Positions 38,625-48,633 of a stretch of DNA of 64,000 nucleotides are shown piece after piece. The translations under genes were made by a program, and so were the position numbers. The stretch comes from Betaproteobacteria bacterium (GTDB lineage Bacteria > Bdellovibrionota_B > Oligoflexia > Silvanigrellales > Silvanigrellaceae), in contig VGHE01000008.1 of NCBI GenBank assembly GCA_016868315.1, forward strand, positions 25,888 through 89,887. Direction: 5' to 3'. The stretch's first letter is position 1. Each line of letters starts with the position of its first letter. Under the pieces are notes generated by a model. That model did not search any database and was not told the origin of the DNA. It was given only the letters and a program-made list of their open reading frames with translations.

Positions 38625-41116
38625 ACCGCCGCACCTTTCAAATGTGCAAAGAATCGCTCACCACGCAATGAGCAGCGAATTCTGGCTCGCCGCTGCGACA
38701 GATGACTTTCAGACGACACATCAGCATCTGTTAGTCCTCTTGGAAGTGAGAGAGTGAGTTGTGTTGTTTCTTCCCCATTCCACGGCTCAAGCTGCCACCG
38801 TGCCCAAATGCCACGGTTGTCAGACTCAAGAGATGCGGTTATGCGGCCATGAAAAGTGGGAGCGTTGTGAATAGAAGTCACCTGACCCGGTTCCAGCCAA
38901 CTCGCCTGAACTCCAGGAAAGAGCACCAAACCTGAGGAGTCCTCGAGAACAATCATCTGCCTCAGCAGATTACAAAACTCTGCTGCAGCCCATCCATGGT
39001 CACCATCTCCCATGCATCCCCCTTGGGTGCGCGGATTAATGGCCTCTGGCCATGTGACTGTGGGCGAAGCTGCATCGGAAATGGCGTGCAGCAAAGTCAG
39101 TGCACGTGGGTCTTCGAGCCGTATCAGGACACGGGCAACTTGTGCCGTGAGGTAGGGGTTCAAGCCTGTATGAAAAACACTTTGGAAGAACAGACCCTGA
39201 TGAAAATGTGAGTCCAGTAAAAACTCGAGGGTCGAGTGCAGCCAAGGCTGGCAAATATCCGAGAGCTCGAGCGGGTCGCACGCAACCAGGTTACCAATGC
39301 AAGCAGCATCGGGCCAGCGGTACGGGGAAACCGGTAGCACCTGCCCGCCCACTCTCTCAAGAGTCGCCGAAATGGCCCTGCGCAGGCTTCCAGAGAAACT
39401 CAGACTCATCCGATCAAGCGCATCAGCTTCCTTGGCTCGCCCCATTCTTCTGGCCGCAGCGCGTCCGAGATGCATGGCTTTGAGTGCCCAAAAGTTATCC
39501 CAGAAATAATGGTCGCAGCCACCGAAATGTTCGGCCGAAAAGCTTGCGGGCAAAAGACCCTCGTGAAGAACGCTCCGCTTGGATGAAGTCAAGCGCTGCT
39601 TATCTATCCATTGTAAGCCGCGCCAGACACTCTCAAACAGATCGCGCTGAAGTTTCGTATCCCCCGATTTTCGGGAAAAACTGAGCATCGAACACAACGC
39701 AATGGCGTGAGAATCGAGTTCCCCTGGATGGTCAACAAAAGCGCCTGAGGCCTGTTGCCTTTGTGGATAGGATTCGATCTTGGAACGCACCTCTTTGAGG
39801 AACCCAAGGTTGGAGAAGGCTTCGGAAATAAAATACGAATCGCGGTACCAATGGGTGTGGTAGAGGAACGTTCCCGGGCTGAAGTGTGTGACGTCATCGA
39901 ACGCCGGAAGGCGCAGCTTGATGGCATCCAACTGATTCTCGAACTTTTCTTCGGGAAGTTTGATTCGAGCAGAACGGAGATCTTCGAGGCGGAGTTCCTC
40001 CTCGCGCGCACGAATAAGGCTATCCACTGTGGTGTGGAGACGAGGTCGAACCTTGCGCTTTTTTTTCTCAGCATCGCACCATACAACAACACCAAGCGCG
40101 ATTTTTTCTCCCGGTTGGAGAACACGATCGTATTCTATCGATCCTGCAGCAATGCCAGAGCGGGCAATGATACTCTTAAGATCCTCGGAAAGAGGGCGAG
40201 GTGAGGCATCCTTCATGGGATCACCTGTGCCTCTGTCTCCCAGCAAAACCCGAGTGGGGCTCTCCAGGATTTCGACATCCCATTTTTGATTGACTCTCAG
40301 AAATGATCCCAAGTTTTCGAGCTGATTGATATGGCCAATAGACAGCACATTGTACGGGCGAACTCCGAATCCAATGACCACAGGAACAGGCGTATTGCTC
40401 TGGTTCTCAATTGTAATTCTGCAGGTGATTCGCATGGAATCATCGATATAAGATGCAGTTGCTGTTGATGCCCACTTCACATCACCCACTGCGGGATATC
40501 GAGTTTCAACTACAGGCAACACGTCGTCAGCCAGCCTCTGTTGAACTCCGGGCTGCAAGTAAGGTGGCGCCTGAAGACTCGAATCCACACGCAAATAAGG
40601 AAGCAACGACCAACTGTGTGGTTCAACCGTAATCATCCCCACAGGGTCGACCATGCATTCCAAAGGCGAAGCTGAGTGTCCCAAAGAGGTCCAGTTTCGC
40701 CTCGAAAGGTTGGCTCCCAGCAGTCCCGCACCTGTTGGAATAAATGCGCTCGAGCGGGGCTGCCACTGCTCTTCGATCCACAATGGCCAAACCCAGTTTC
40801 TATTTGTGTGCACGGCCAACATATTGTTGGCGCCCGAAAACAAAACCCAAAGAGCCTGATCAAGCAAAGCCGAAGAGCCCATCATGCCCGTGGGTTTTCC
40901 GATCCACTCGATACTCCGGACATAAGGAAGGAGCCAATGCCTATTTGTGGCCTTGAGTATCCATTGAATCGCCTTGAGAATCATTCTGGCTTTGTCCTGT
41001 TTTGAGCTGCTCTGCGGCAACACTACACTGGTTGAGCAGCTCTTTTGGAAACTCAGCAATTGTGACAACTCAGTGAAGCTATTGAACCGCAAGCGCATCC
41101 ACAGAAAAGTTTTCAT
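38621..41116 (-). CDS. (alpha/alpha)6-barrel glycoside hydrolase-like protein (GH15 / amylo-alpha-1,6-glucosidase-like)
   Basis: 'YHTHWYRDSYFISEAF' and 'GDGDHGWAAAEF' resemble glucoamylase, trehalase and debranching-enzyme catalytic-domain motifs. A 4-nt overlap links it to the downstream PHP-GT4 gene. Confidence 0.55.
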   Translation of the reverse strand: MKTFLWMRLRFNSFTELSQLLSFQKSCSTSVVLPQSSSKQDKARMILKAIQWILKATNRHWLLPYVRSIEWIGKPTGMMGSSALLDQALWVLFSGANNMLAVHTNRNWVWPLWIEEQWQPRSSAFIPTGAGLLGANLSRRNWTSLGHSASPLECMVDPVGMITVEPHSWSLLPYLRVDSSLQAPPYLQPGVQQRLADDVLPVVETRYPAVGDVKWASTATASYIDDSMRITCRITIENQSNTPVPVVIGFGVRPYNVLSIGHINQLENLGSFLRVNQKWDVEILESPTRVLLGDRGTGDPMKDASPRPLSEDLKSIIARSGIAAGSIEYDRVLQPGEKIALGVVVWCDAEKKKRKVRPRLHTTVDSLIRAREEELRLEDLRSARIKLPEEKFENQLDAIKLRLPAFDDVTHFSPGTFLYHTHWYRDSYFISEAFSNLGFLKEVRSKIESYPQRQQASGAFVDHPGELDSHAIALCSMLSFSRKSGDTKLQRDLFESVWRGLQWIDKQRLTSSKRSVLHEGLLPASFSAEHFGGCDHYFWDNFWALKAMHLGRAAARRMGRAKEADALDRMSLSFSGSLRRAISATLERVGGQVLPVSPYRWPDAACIGNLVACDPLELSDICQPWLHSTLEFLLDSHFHQGLFFQSVFHTGLNPYLTAQVARVLIRLEDPRALTLLHAISDAASPTVTWPEAINPRTQGGCMGDGDHGWAAAEFCNLLRQMIVLEDSSGLVLFPGVQASWLEPGQVTSIHNAPTFHGRITASLESDNRGIWARWQLEPWNGEETTQLTLSLPRGLTDADVSSESHLSQRRARIRCSLRGERFFAHLKGAAV

Positions 41117-41174
41117 TTTGAAACAATAAATTCACAACTCTGGGCTGAGCGCTGCGGCGAGTTGAGCTCAGGAA

Positions 41175-42032
41175 TTACTCAATGTCCTGCACGTTATCCA
41201 GCTTCACGCGAAACAGCTTTGGCACGAACGAACGCGACGAAAGCTGGGCAAAATCATTGAAGGTGTCGAGACACCGGAAATCATATTTGCCTTCTGCAGT
41301 TATCTTGTTTGCCCGACACAAAGAAACACCATTGTCTCCCCTCGTTAAGCGTCCCATCCGATATCCAATGTATTTTGGAGTGGTAATCACGAGTTCATAC
41401 GACTTCGAAATCTGCCAGTTCGTGCCAACCCCAATCTCAAGCAGTGTCTTAGGATCGACTGTCGTGAGATTAATGGCACCGCCATTCGAAGAATAGAAAC
41501 GGAAGCGCATTTCATCGACCTTGATTGCCTCTGAAATAAATCCGACTTTATCGAGGTAATCCTTACAAATATCCGGGAGTGAGTTCCTATAAAATCCCGT
41601 CAATTTGATAGAATCGAAATACTCGCGCTTGGGGCGCGTATAGCTGAAATCAACCCGCTGAGCCCTGTCGAATGCAACCCCCACTGAAATGGGTGCATTC
41701 CCCTTCCCCAAAGCATCAATCAAACCCACACGTGCGCTCCCTGAAATCTGAAACGAATTCGATTTCATGGGCAACTCGGTGTTGTCGAGGACTCGCAGCT
41801 GAGTAGGTGTTCCTCCAACTGAATTGGGAAAACAAGACTCCGGCGGGGCAATAAGCTGCATCTCGTAAGGCGAGCCCCCCACGAGTGTTCCCGTGCCTGC
41901 AAACTCCAATGGCGTCTCATAGGGAATGAACCCTACATTGAGAACCTCAGCTCGCAGCAACTGTTCAGGATCGGCGCTGCCGCACGCTGCCAAGTGCAGC
42001 GCTCCTATCGAACAAAAAATGAAACAACGCAT
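41175..42032 (-). CDS. Hypothetical lipoprotein
   Basis: GGAGGGAG is upstream of ATG 42032. 'MRCFIFCSIGALHLAACG' carries a lipobox. Confidence 0.6.
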   Translation of the reverse strand: MRCFIFCSIGALHLAACGSADPEQLLRAEVLNVGFIPYETPLEFAGTGTLVGGSPYEMQLIAPPESCFPNSVGGTPTQLRVLDNTELPMKSNSFQISGSARVGLIDALGKGNAPISVGVAFDRAQRVDFSYTRPKREYFDSIKLTGFYRNSLPDICKDYLDKVGFISEAIKVDEMRFRFYSSNGGAINLTTVDPKTLLEIGVGTNWQISKSYELVITTPKYIGYRMGRLTRGDNGVSLCRANKITAEGKYDFRCLDTFNDFAQLSSRSFVPKLFRVKLDNVQDIE

Positions 42033-42217
42033 GATTTCTCCCTCCTTTTCATGCAAAAAGGAGGATCGGAACAAGTCCGGCAATATTTACCTAGAGAACG
42101 CGCAATTCGATTTTGTTGAATTTAGTCAAAGCATGGATTTTTCAATGATTTTAAAACAACTTGGCATGCCCATAGGTATAAATAATTTATATTTTTATCT
42201 GAAAAGATTAAAACCCT

Positions 42218-42778
42218 TCAGCGCCCACAGCGAATCCAACGCTTAGATTCTGCGTAGCTGATGCCCGCACTGATAGCGCTCATGCATGCAGCGCCGACGC
42301 CATCTCCAAGAAAACCTGCAGCCATGCCACCGCCCCAAATCAGGAGTTTGAGCTCCTGAAGACCGGGAATTCCGATGCCTGCGACCTCATATGCAGCGCG
42401 TTTACCCGCGGCAAAGCTCGCGATTGTCCAATCCTCGATCTCTTTGTCGCACTGCGTTACGGAATCCACTTTGCTCTGCGACATCTTCTGAACGAATTCA
42501 TCTGCGAGAATATCGCGCTGCAGATTCACAGGACGCTTCTTCACCTCAGACATAATCACGAGCGCACGTTCACATGCTCGAGCACCCATCTGGCACTGCA
42601 CTCCAGAGCTGAGCGCGAGATAACAAGGGTTAATTTTTGGTTTCAGCGACGATGCCTGGCGCGCATTCACTTCGGAAGCTGAAGAGAGCAAGCGACATCC
42701 ACTGGCCAAAGATATACCAATCAGAAATACCGCTGCAACGCTAAAACTTCCACGAAAATCCAGAAAGCCCACACTCAC
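42218..42778 (-). CDS. Lipoprotein with C-terminal glycine-zipper segment
   Basis: AAGGAGG lies 7 nt upstream of the GTG start. It has lipobox 'GISLASGC' and a C-terminal 'WGGGMAAGFLGDGVGAACMSAISAGI'. Confidence 0.55.
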   Translation of the reverse strand: MSVGFLDFRGSFSVAAVFLIGISLASGCRLLSSASEVNARQASSLKPKINPCYLALSSGVQCQMGARACERALVIMSEVKKRPVNLQRDILADEFVQKMSQSKVDSVTQCDKEIEDWTIASFAAGKRAAYEVAGIGIPGLQELKLLIWGGGMAAGFLGDGVGAACMSAISAGISYAESKRWIRCGR

Positions 42779-43126
42779 GCTGAAACCTCCTTCTCTCTGG
42801 CGAAGTCAACCCCCTCGAATCAAAGGCCCACTCACGGCGCACGCTCCCTCCCGGCCTTGTGGAGCATCGGACACAGTGATCACCTATATTATTCGATTTT
42901 TTCTCAACCAATCTCGAGCAATGCAGACAACCAGCCGTAATTATGAAGATTACCACAATACCAAGTGCACGACGTTTAGCCGCAGAATGACTGGTTCTCT
43001 GAACCTAAATAATCAATGTTTTAGGCGCCTTAATCGGATTCCCGCGAATTATGACGGCCGGAAGTCATTTTTTCTCAGCCCGGTCCGATCTTTAACCCAG
43101 AGCACGAGAAACGTGGGTGTGTAAAG

Positions 43127-46100
43127 ATGCAACGATATTTTATCGCCAAGGGCTGCATGTTGTTCGCCATGCTTTCGAGCTGTGCGAAGCAACCTCGGCA
43201 TGAGGCGGGCTCACCCGTGCCACTCCGGCTCGCCCTGAACTTCCCAGAGAATCAGCAGCGTTTGGCTCTGAGTTATACAGATGAAAACACAAGAATCGTG
43301 TCGCTCCCCGCATCTCAATTTGAGAGCCCAGAGGTTCTCCTTGACGGTGCAGATCAGCGCTTCAGACACAAGAGAGTTTTTCGCTGGCTGAGCTACACAA
43401 TCAAAAATCAAGCAGCAGTGCTGAGGACGGGTTCCATTCCCATCGAAGATAGGAATCGAATGAGCCTCGATGCCGTCGAGCTGGAGGCCAAGGTAAACGA
43501 TAGACTGCAATTAGACTTCAGTTTCATGCAAGTTGATTTCATGAGTGAAGCAGACGCCGATGCATTTTGCTCAAAAGGGGCTCCTGGATTCGTGCGCACA
43601 TGGAGAGCAAGCCAAACCCACACCGTAACCGAGGCTGGCGAAATACCACTGGCCTTTTCTCAGACTGGGAAAAGTATTGTCCAGATGGGAATTCTGCGGG
43701 TTCCCGCAGATTCGGGTGAGGCTGAAAAGCTCTCACAACTCCAGGCGACGCTGTATGATAGAACGACTGGGCTGACACTTGAACAAAAGATTTGTCAGCT
43801 TGAAAGACCGCTTGGCAGTGAACATGAAACGAATGCTGTTTATCTGCGTGCACCAGTCTTTGCACTTCCTCTTGATTCACTTCAGTTTGTTTACACGCGC
43901 AATGATTTAAAAATTCAAACCGTAACTGCTGAAGCACGCCCAGAGACACTTTCGGGTTCAGCGAGTGGGTGGGAAACATTGGCCGAGCTGCAAGTGAGGT
44001 CGGCCTTCAATGTGGAAAAAAAAGGCTCTGAATGGTTTTTACAGCGCGATACTTTAGGTGCCGTTTTGCCAAGAAGCTTTTTTCCGCGACTTCCTTTTGG
44101 CCTAGCTGACGATGACACTGCAGCCCAGAGAAAGAAGGTTGAAGTGAGCAATACACTCAGCAGCCTCAAGAACAATAAGTCAGAGAACGTTCTTGTTGAA
44201 TTGATAGATGGCAACGACACCCAGTGTGGGTCTGCGAATGCCTTTTTTTCCAAAGTGGGCTCCGCTCAAACCACTGAACTGCCTTTGTATCTCAAAAGAG
44301 GAGCGGAGAAGTATCGCCTCCGCATTCGAACAATCTCGCCACAGGGAATTGTTACCTGTTCAACCAATACTCTTGACTATGAACATCCTGGACTGAAACC
44401 TGATGCAGGAGAGTCAAAGATAGCGGTCGGTAGAGGTCATACATGTGCTATTCAGGGTGGAAAGCTGTTCTGCTGGGGAGCCAACAATCGTGGCCAGCTT
44501 GGAGATGGTTCCTTCACCGATAAGAGTGCGCCGACTGCCGTAAGCAATTTGGGGAATGGTGTTCTTGCTGTTGCCGCAAGCAACGATTTCACCTGCGCAA
44601 TTGTGAATGAATCTGACACGCAGCCGCGCGTGCTGAAATGCTGGGGAGATAATTCGGGGAACCGTTTTGGTGTGCCAAGTCCTGCTTCTCCACCTGCTCC
44701 TGAAGCCGTGCCTAGAACCATCCTAGTCGACAGTGGCATGAATCGCACCGTCAAACTGGTTGCTGCAGGAGAAGTGACCTGTTCCATTCAGAGCAACTCG
44801 GAAGCCAGCACAAGTGGTACCCTTTACTGCTGGTATAATTCAAATAAATCCTCTTTGGCCTCTGTCTCATTTCCCAGCCAAGTATCGCATGTGAATATTT
44901 CAAAAATGATTTCTACAAATCTTATTTGTGCACGCGGAACCGCTGCTGCAGGGGGAACAACTACCACTGCGTGTGTAGCCTATTCGGACACTGGTTCGCA
45001 CACAGCGTCGAACGAAATCACAAGTCTTCAAAGTACCATTCAAAATTCACTTGTCTCAGCGACTTCTCTCAATTTTGCTTCCGGAGAGAATCATGTCTGT
45101 ACTCTTGATGGAAATAAAGTCCGCTGCGCTGGAAAAAATAATTTCGGGCAATTTGGTGATGTTCTGATAGCAACCTCCGACTCCTGGATATTCTCTCTCA
45201 ATACAGGCATCGGCGACTTCTCGAAGGTCGCTGCCTTTGGAAACAACACGTGTGGCATAACGACTGCCGGCGAACTGAAATGCTGGGGTAAAAACGACCG
45301 ATCCCAGCTCGGTTTTTATTCCCAGGACGTAAAAACCAATCCCACAACAGTGCCAGGTATGGAACGTGATGTGACTGCTTTGGTGACGGGCGAAGGTCAC
45401 GCTTGTGCAGTACAAAATGGCCTCTTGAAGTGCTGGGGCAAGAATGACAACGGACAGCTTGGGCGCAGAGGTGCTTCTCGCGAGTTGGAATACGTTTCTG
45501 CCCCTGCAGGCAGTTCCATTTCTGGCTCAGGCATCGAAGCTCTCGCCGTGGGCGGCATACTTTCGGGTGCAACAGATGAGATGCAACGTAAGGGGCACAC
45601 CTGTGCAATCCAGAGCGGGCGGCTTATGTGCTGGGGTCACAACGACTTCGGTCAACTCGGTTTGGGATCAGAGGGCTCAAATCCACGGATGCCGCAATCT
45701 CCGCTGAACCTCGAAGGAAAGGTTACGGCCGTTGCGACTGGACAAGCACACACCTGTGCCGTTGCCGGAGCAAATGCAGAATTACGCTGTTGGGGTCGAA
45801 ACGACTTCGGCCAGCTTGGAACCAGCAATTCAGTTGGTGGTATCACCACCACAAAGCCAAGTTCGCTTGTAACGCGCCTCATCAATGTGAGTGCGGTGGC
45901 AGCCGGTGAATCACACACCTGTGCCATCAGCTCCGGAGATTTGTATTGCTGGGGTAAGAATGATCAATCTCAGATTGGCTCGCCTGCAGGAAATCAGAGT
46001 CCAACGCCCAACAAGGTTACCGGACTCCCACAGTTGGTCTCGGTGGCAACACGCAAGGGGCATACTTGCACTCTCGATAGGGAAGGCCACATCAATTGCT

Positions 46101-46720
46101 TCGGCTCAGATTCGCACGGCCAGCGAGGGGACGGCAGTATCACGAACGAAGCAGGATTCACCCAAATTGCAGTTGGTAATACACATTCGTGCGCCATCCA
46201 AGGCGGACAAATGCTCTGCTGGGGTTCAAACGAGTATGGTCAATTAGGTCAGGACTCAGCAACCTGCAGAAGTTCTGCGCGGATGGTCGTTCCAGGTTTC
46301 GAAGATGGAGTAACTTCTATTGCCACAGGTGAAGACCACACCTGTGCGATAAAAAACGGTGCGCTGTGGTGCTGGGGTCGCAATGATTACGGACAACTTG
46401 GTTTGGGGAAAACAACTCTGCCTGCGACCACTCCGGCTCCAACGCCGAATCCAACGCCGACTCCAACGTTTGCAGGACAGATTGGTGCAGGGGTTAACGC
46501 CACCCAGACTGATTCTCAGGAGAGCGTATCTGGGAGCTGTCCATCAAATAATGCAGGCGTAAATCAACCAACCCAGATTATTGAATCAGGCGTCACGCAC
46601 GTGAGCGCCGGCAGCGGAACCTGTGCCGTACTTTATGGCCGCGAACTGAAGTGCTGGGGCACTCGCTTCAATGGCAAGAGTGAAAATTCGCCCAGCCCCG
46701 CTGGAGTTATTGCTCCTTAA
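43127..46720 (+). CDS. Large lipoprotein with about 13 RCC1-type beta-propeller repeats
   Basis: 'MLFAMLSSC' carries a lipobox. Repeated 'HTCA(I/V)..G.L.CWG.N..GQLG' blades span about residue 430 to the end. A 'PAPTPNPTPTPT' linker precedes the last blade. Confidence 0.85.
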   Translation: MQRYFIAKGCMLFAMLSSCAKQPRHEAGSPVPLRLALNFPENQQRLALSYTDENTRIVSLPASQFESPEVLLDGADQRFRHKRVFRWLSYTIKNQAAVLRTGSIPIEDRNRMSLDAVELEAKVNDRLQLDFSFMQVDFMSEADADAFCSKGAPGFVRTWRASQTHTVTEAGEIPLAFSQTGKSIVQMGILRVPADSGEAEKLSQLQATLYDRTTGLTLEQKICQLERPLGSEHETNAVYLRAPVFALPLDSLQFVYTRNDLKIQTVTAEARPETLSGSASGWETLAELQVRSAFNVEKKGSEWFLQRDTLGAVLPRSFFPRLPFGLADDDTAAQRKKVEVSNTLSSLKNNKSENVLVELIDGNDTQCGSANAFFSKVGSAQTTELPLYLKRGAEKYRLRIRTISPQGIVTCSTNTLDYEHPGLKPDAGESKIAVGRGHTCAIQGGKLFCWGANNRGQLGDGSFTDKSAPTAVSNLGNGVLAVAASNDFTCAIVNESDTQPRVLKCWGDNSGNRFGVPSPASPPAPEAVPRTILVDSGMNRTVKLVAAGEVTCSIQSNSEASTSGTLYCWYNSNKSSLASVSFPSQVSHVNISKMISTNLICARGTAAAGGTTTTACVAYSDTGSHTASNEITSLQSTIQNSLVSATSLNFASGENHVCTLDGNKVRCAGKNNFGQFGDVLIATSDSWIFSLNTGIGDFSKVAAFGNNTCGITTAGELKCWGKNDRSQLGFYSQDVKTNPTTVPGMERDVTALVTGEGHACAVQNGLLKCWGKNDNGQLGRRGASRELEYVSAPAGSSISGSGIEALAVGGILSGATDEMQRKGHTCAIQSGRLMCWGHNDFGQLGLGSEGSNPRMPQSPLNLEGKVTAVATGQAHTCAVAGANAELRCWGRNDFGQLGTSNSVGGITTTKPSSLVTRLINVSAVAAGESHTCAISSGDLYCWGKNDQSQIGSPAGNQSPTPNKVTGLPQLVSVATRKGHTCTLDREGHINCFGSDSHGQRGDGSITNEAGFTQIAVGNTHSCAIQGGQMLCWGSNEYGQLGQDSATCRSSARMVVPGFEDGVTSIATGEDHTCAIKNGALWCWGRNDYGQLGLGKTTLPATTPAPTPNPTPTPTFAGQIGAGVNATQTDSQESVSGSCPSNNAGVNQPTQIIESGVTHVSAGSGTCAVLYGRELKCWGTRFNGKSENSPSPAGVIAP

Positions 46721-48633
46721 ATCTCGACCTGAATTCCCACTTCCATGACCTGCTTAGCGGGCAATTTATAGAAGCTCACAGGCGACTGCGCATTGCGTCC
46801 CATGAAAGCAAAAAGTTTTTCACGCCAAATGGACATGCCCAATTTGCGAGTGGCCAAAACAATTTCCCGGCCGAGGAAAAAGGTGGTTTGGTTGGGGTCG
46901 ATATCGAGACCCTTTTCGCGAGCAAGCTCCACCACAACACCGAAATCGGGGCTATCCATAAAGCCGAGTGAGACCACAATGCGGTAAAGATCTTTCGCTG
47001 GCTCATCAACTACCAAACGCTTGTAATAAGGCACATGCGGAACATCGAGAGTGGTGAACGTAATAAGAACGACTCGTTCGTGGATGACTTTGTTGTGCTT
47101 AACATTATGACTCAATGCCAAAGGGCAGGTTCCCGGACGACCCGACATGTAAATTGCCGTTCCGGCCACACGCGGATAGCGGCTCGCATTGAATTCTTCG
47201 ATGAGCTTCTCAAACGGAAGAGCGTACTCGGCAATTCCGGCAGCCAACAATTTTCGCCCTTGAATCCAAGTCAACATCATTAAAAACATTGCACAGGCGG
47301 CTACAAGCGGAATCCAGCCACCATTGAGAATTTTGAGTGCGTTTGAGCCAAAAAATGCAATATCAATAAAAACAAATGGACCGAAGACAGCTGCCACGGT
47401 GAGATTCGACCACCTCCAAGCCGTCTTGGCGACAACAAGGGCAAGGAGTGTTGTTACGAGCATAGTGAGCGATACGGCAATACCATACGCCGCAGCCATC
47501 GATGAAGATTCACGAAACTCAATCACCAACCACACGGCACCAATATACAACACCCAGTTGATGAAAGGCACATAAATTTGCCCAATCGCCTTATCGGATG
47601 TCTGAACAATTCCCATACGCGGCAGATAGCCCAGTTGGATGGCTTGCTTGGTTATAGAAAACACACCCGAGATAAGAGCCTGCGACGCAATCATGGTGGC
47701 CATCGTGGCGAGAACAACCATGGGGTAAAGCGCCCACGAGGGTGCCATACGATAAAAGGGATTCTCTACCGCCGAAGGATCTTGAAGAATCAAAGCTCCC
47801 TGACCGAAATAGTTGAGCAACAAACTGGGCAAAACCAAGGCAAACCAACCCACTCGAATGGGTAGCTTTCCGAAATGCCCCATATCAGCATAGAGCGCCT
47901 CACCACCCGTAACCGTGAGAAACACAGTTCCCAGAATGACGTAGCCATGCCAGCCATTTTCAACGAAGAAGTTGAACGCATAGGCAGGATTCACTGCAGA
48001 AAGAATCGCAGGGTATTCAAGAATCTTGTAAACACCGAGCACACCCAGCGCAAGAAACCAAAGCGTCGTGATGGGGCCATAAATCTTGCCGATCTTCTCT
48101 GTTCCGTAGCGTTGAACCGCAAACAGGCCTGTCAGCACAGCAATGGTAATGAGAGGGACGTAGGATTCAAAAACAGGTGTGGCTTCCTTGAGGCCTTCAA
48201 GTGCAGATAGAACCGAAATAGCAGGCGTTATGATACCATCGCCATAGAGCAGAGTAGCTCCGAAAACACCGCACAAAAGCAGTATTTGCGAAAAGGTCGC
48301 ATTCGAAATGCGACCGTCTTTACGAGCCAATGTCTCGAGTGCGAGAATGCCTCCCTCGCCTTTGTTGTCTGCACGCAGAACCAGAACAACATATTTGAGG
48401 CTAATGACGAGCATCAAAGACCAGAAGATCATGGACAATGCGCCCAGAATATTCACTGGATTTGCAGTAAAACCATGTTCACCGTGAAACGACTCGCGAA
48501 TCGCATAGAGTGGAGACGTTCCGATATCCCCAAATACGACTCCGATGGCACCCAAGAGGAGGGCATGAAACTTCGACTGGGGGTGGTGCTCGGAGGCCGC
48601 GGGGGCTGCTGATTCTTCCATGGAGGATGACAA
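46717..48633 (-). CDS. kup: KUP/HAK/KT potassium uptake transporter
   Basis: 'GVVFGDIGTSPLY', about 12 TM helices, and the typical cytoplasmic C-terminal domain. Confidence 0.9.
   Translation of the reverse strand: MSSSMEESAAPAASEHHPQSKFHALLLGAIGVVFGDIGTSPLYAIRESFHGEHGFTANPVNILGALSMIFWSLMLVISLKYVVLVLRADNKGEGGILALETLARKDGRISNATFSQILLLCGVFGATLLYGDGIITPAISVLSALEGLKEATPVFESYVPLITIAVLTGLFAVQRYGTEKIGKIYGPITTLWFLALGVLGVYKILEYPAILSAVNPAYAFNFFVENGWHGYVILGTVFLTVTGGEALYADMGHFGKLPIRVGWFALVLPSLLLNYFGQGALILQDPSAVENPFYRMAPSWALYPMVVLATMATMIASQALISGVFSITKQAIQLGYLPRMGIVQTSDKAIGQIYVPFINWVLYIGAVWLVIEFRESSSMAAAYGIAVSLTMLVTTLLALVVAKTAWRWSNLTVAAVFGPFVFIDIAFFGSNALKILNGGWIPLVAACAMFLMMLTWIQGRKLLAAGIAEYALPFEKLIEEFNASRYPRVAGTAIYMSGRPGTCPLALSHNVKHNKVIHERVVLITFTTLDVPHVPYYKRLVVDEPAKDLYRIVVSLGFMDSPDFGVVVELAREKGLDIDPNQTTFFLGREIVLATRKLGMSIWREKLFAFMGRNAQSPVSFYKLPAKQVMEVGIQVEI

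Noticed and set aside
41175-42032. The 285-aa beta-rich protein considered as a bacterial gasdermin-like pore former
   Set aside because: It has a Sec/lipobox signal (LAACG), whereas gasdermins are cytoplasmic. There is no adjacent protease gene, and I could see no recognisable N-terminal gasdermin features.
42876-43124. An 82-aa ORF in the divergent intergenic region upstream of the RCC1 gene
   Set aside because: It has no SD and a low-complexity, Arg/Asn-rich composition. It also overlaps the likely promoter region, so it is probably non-coding.
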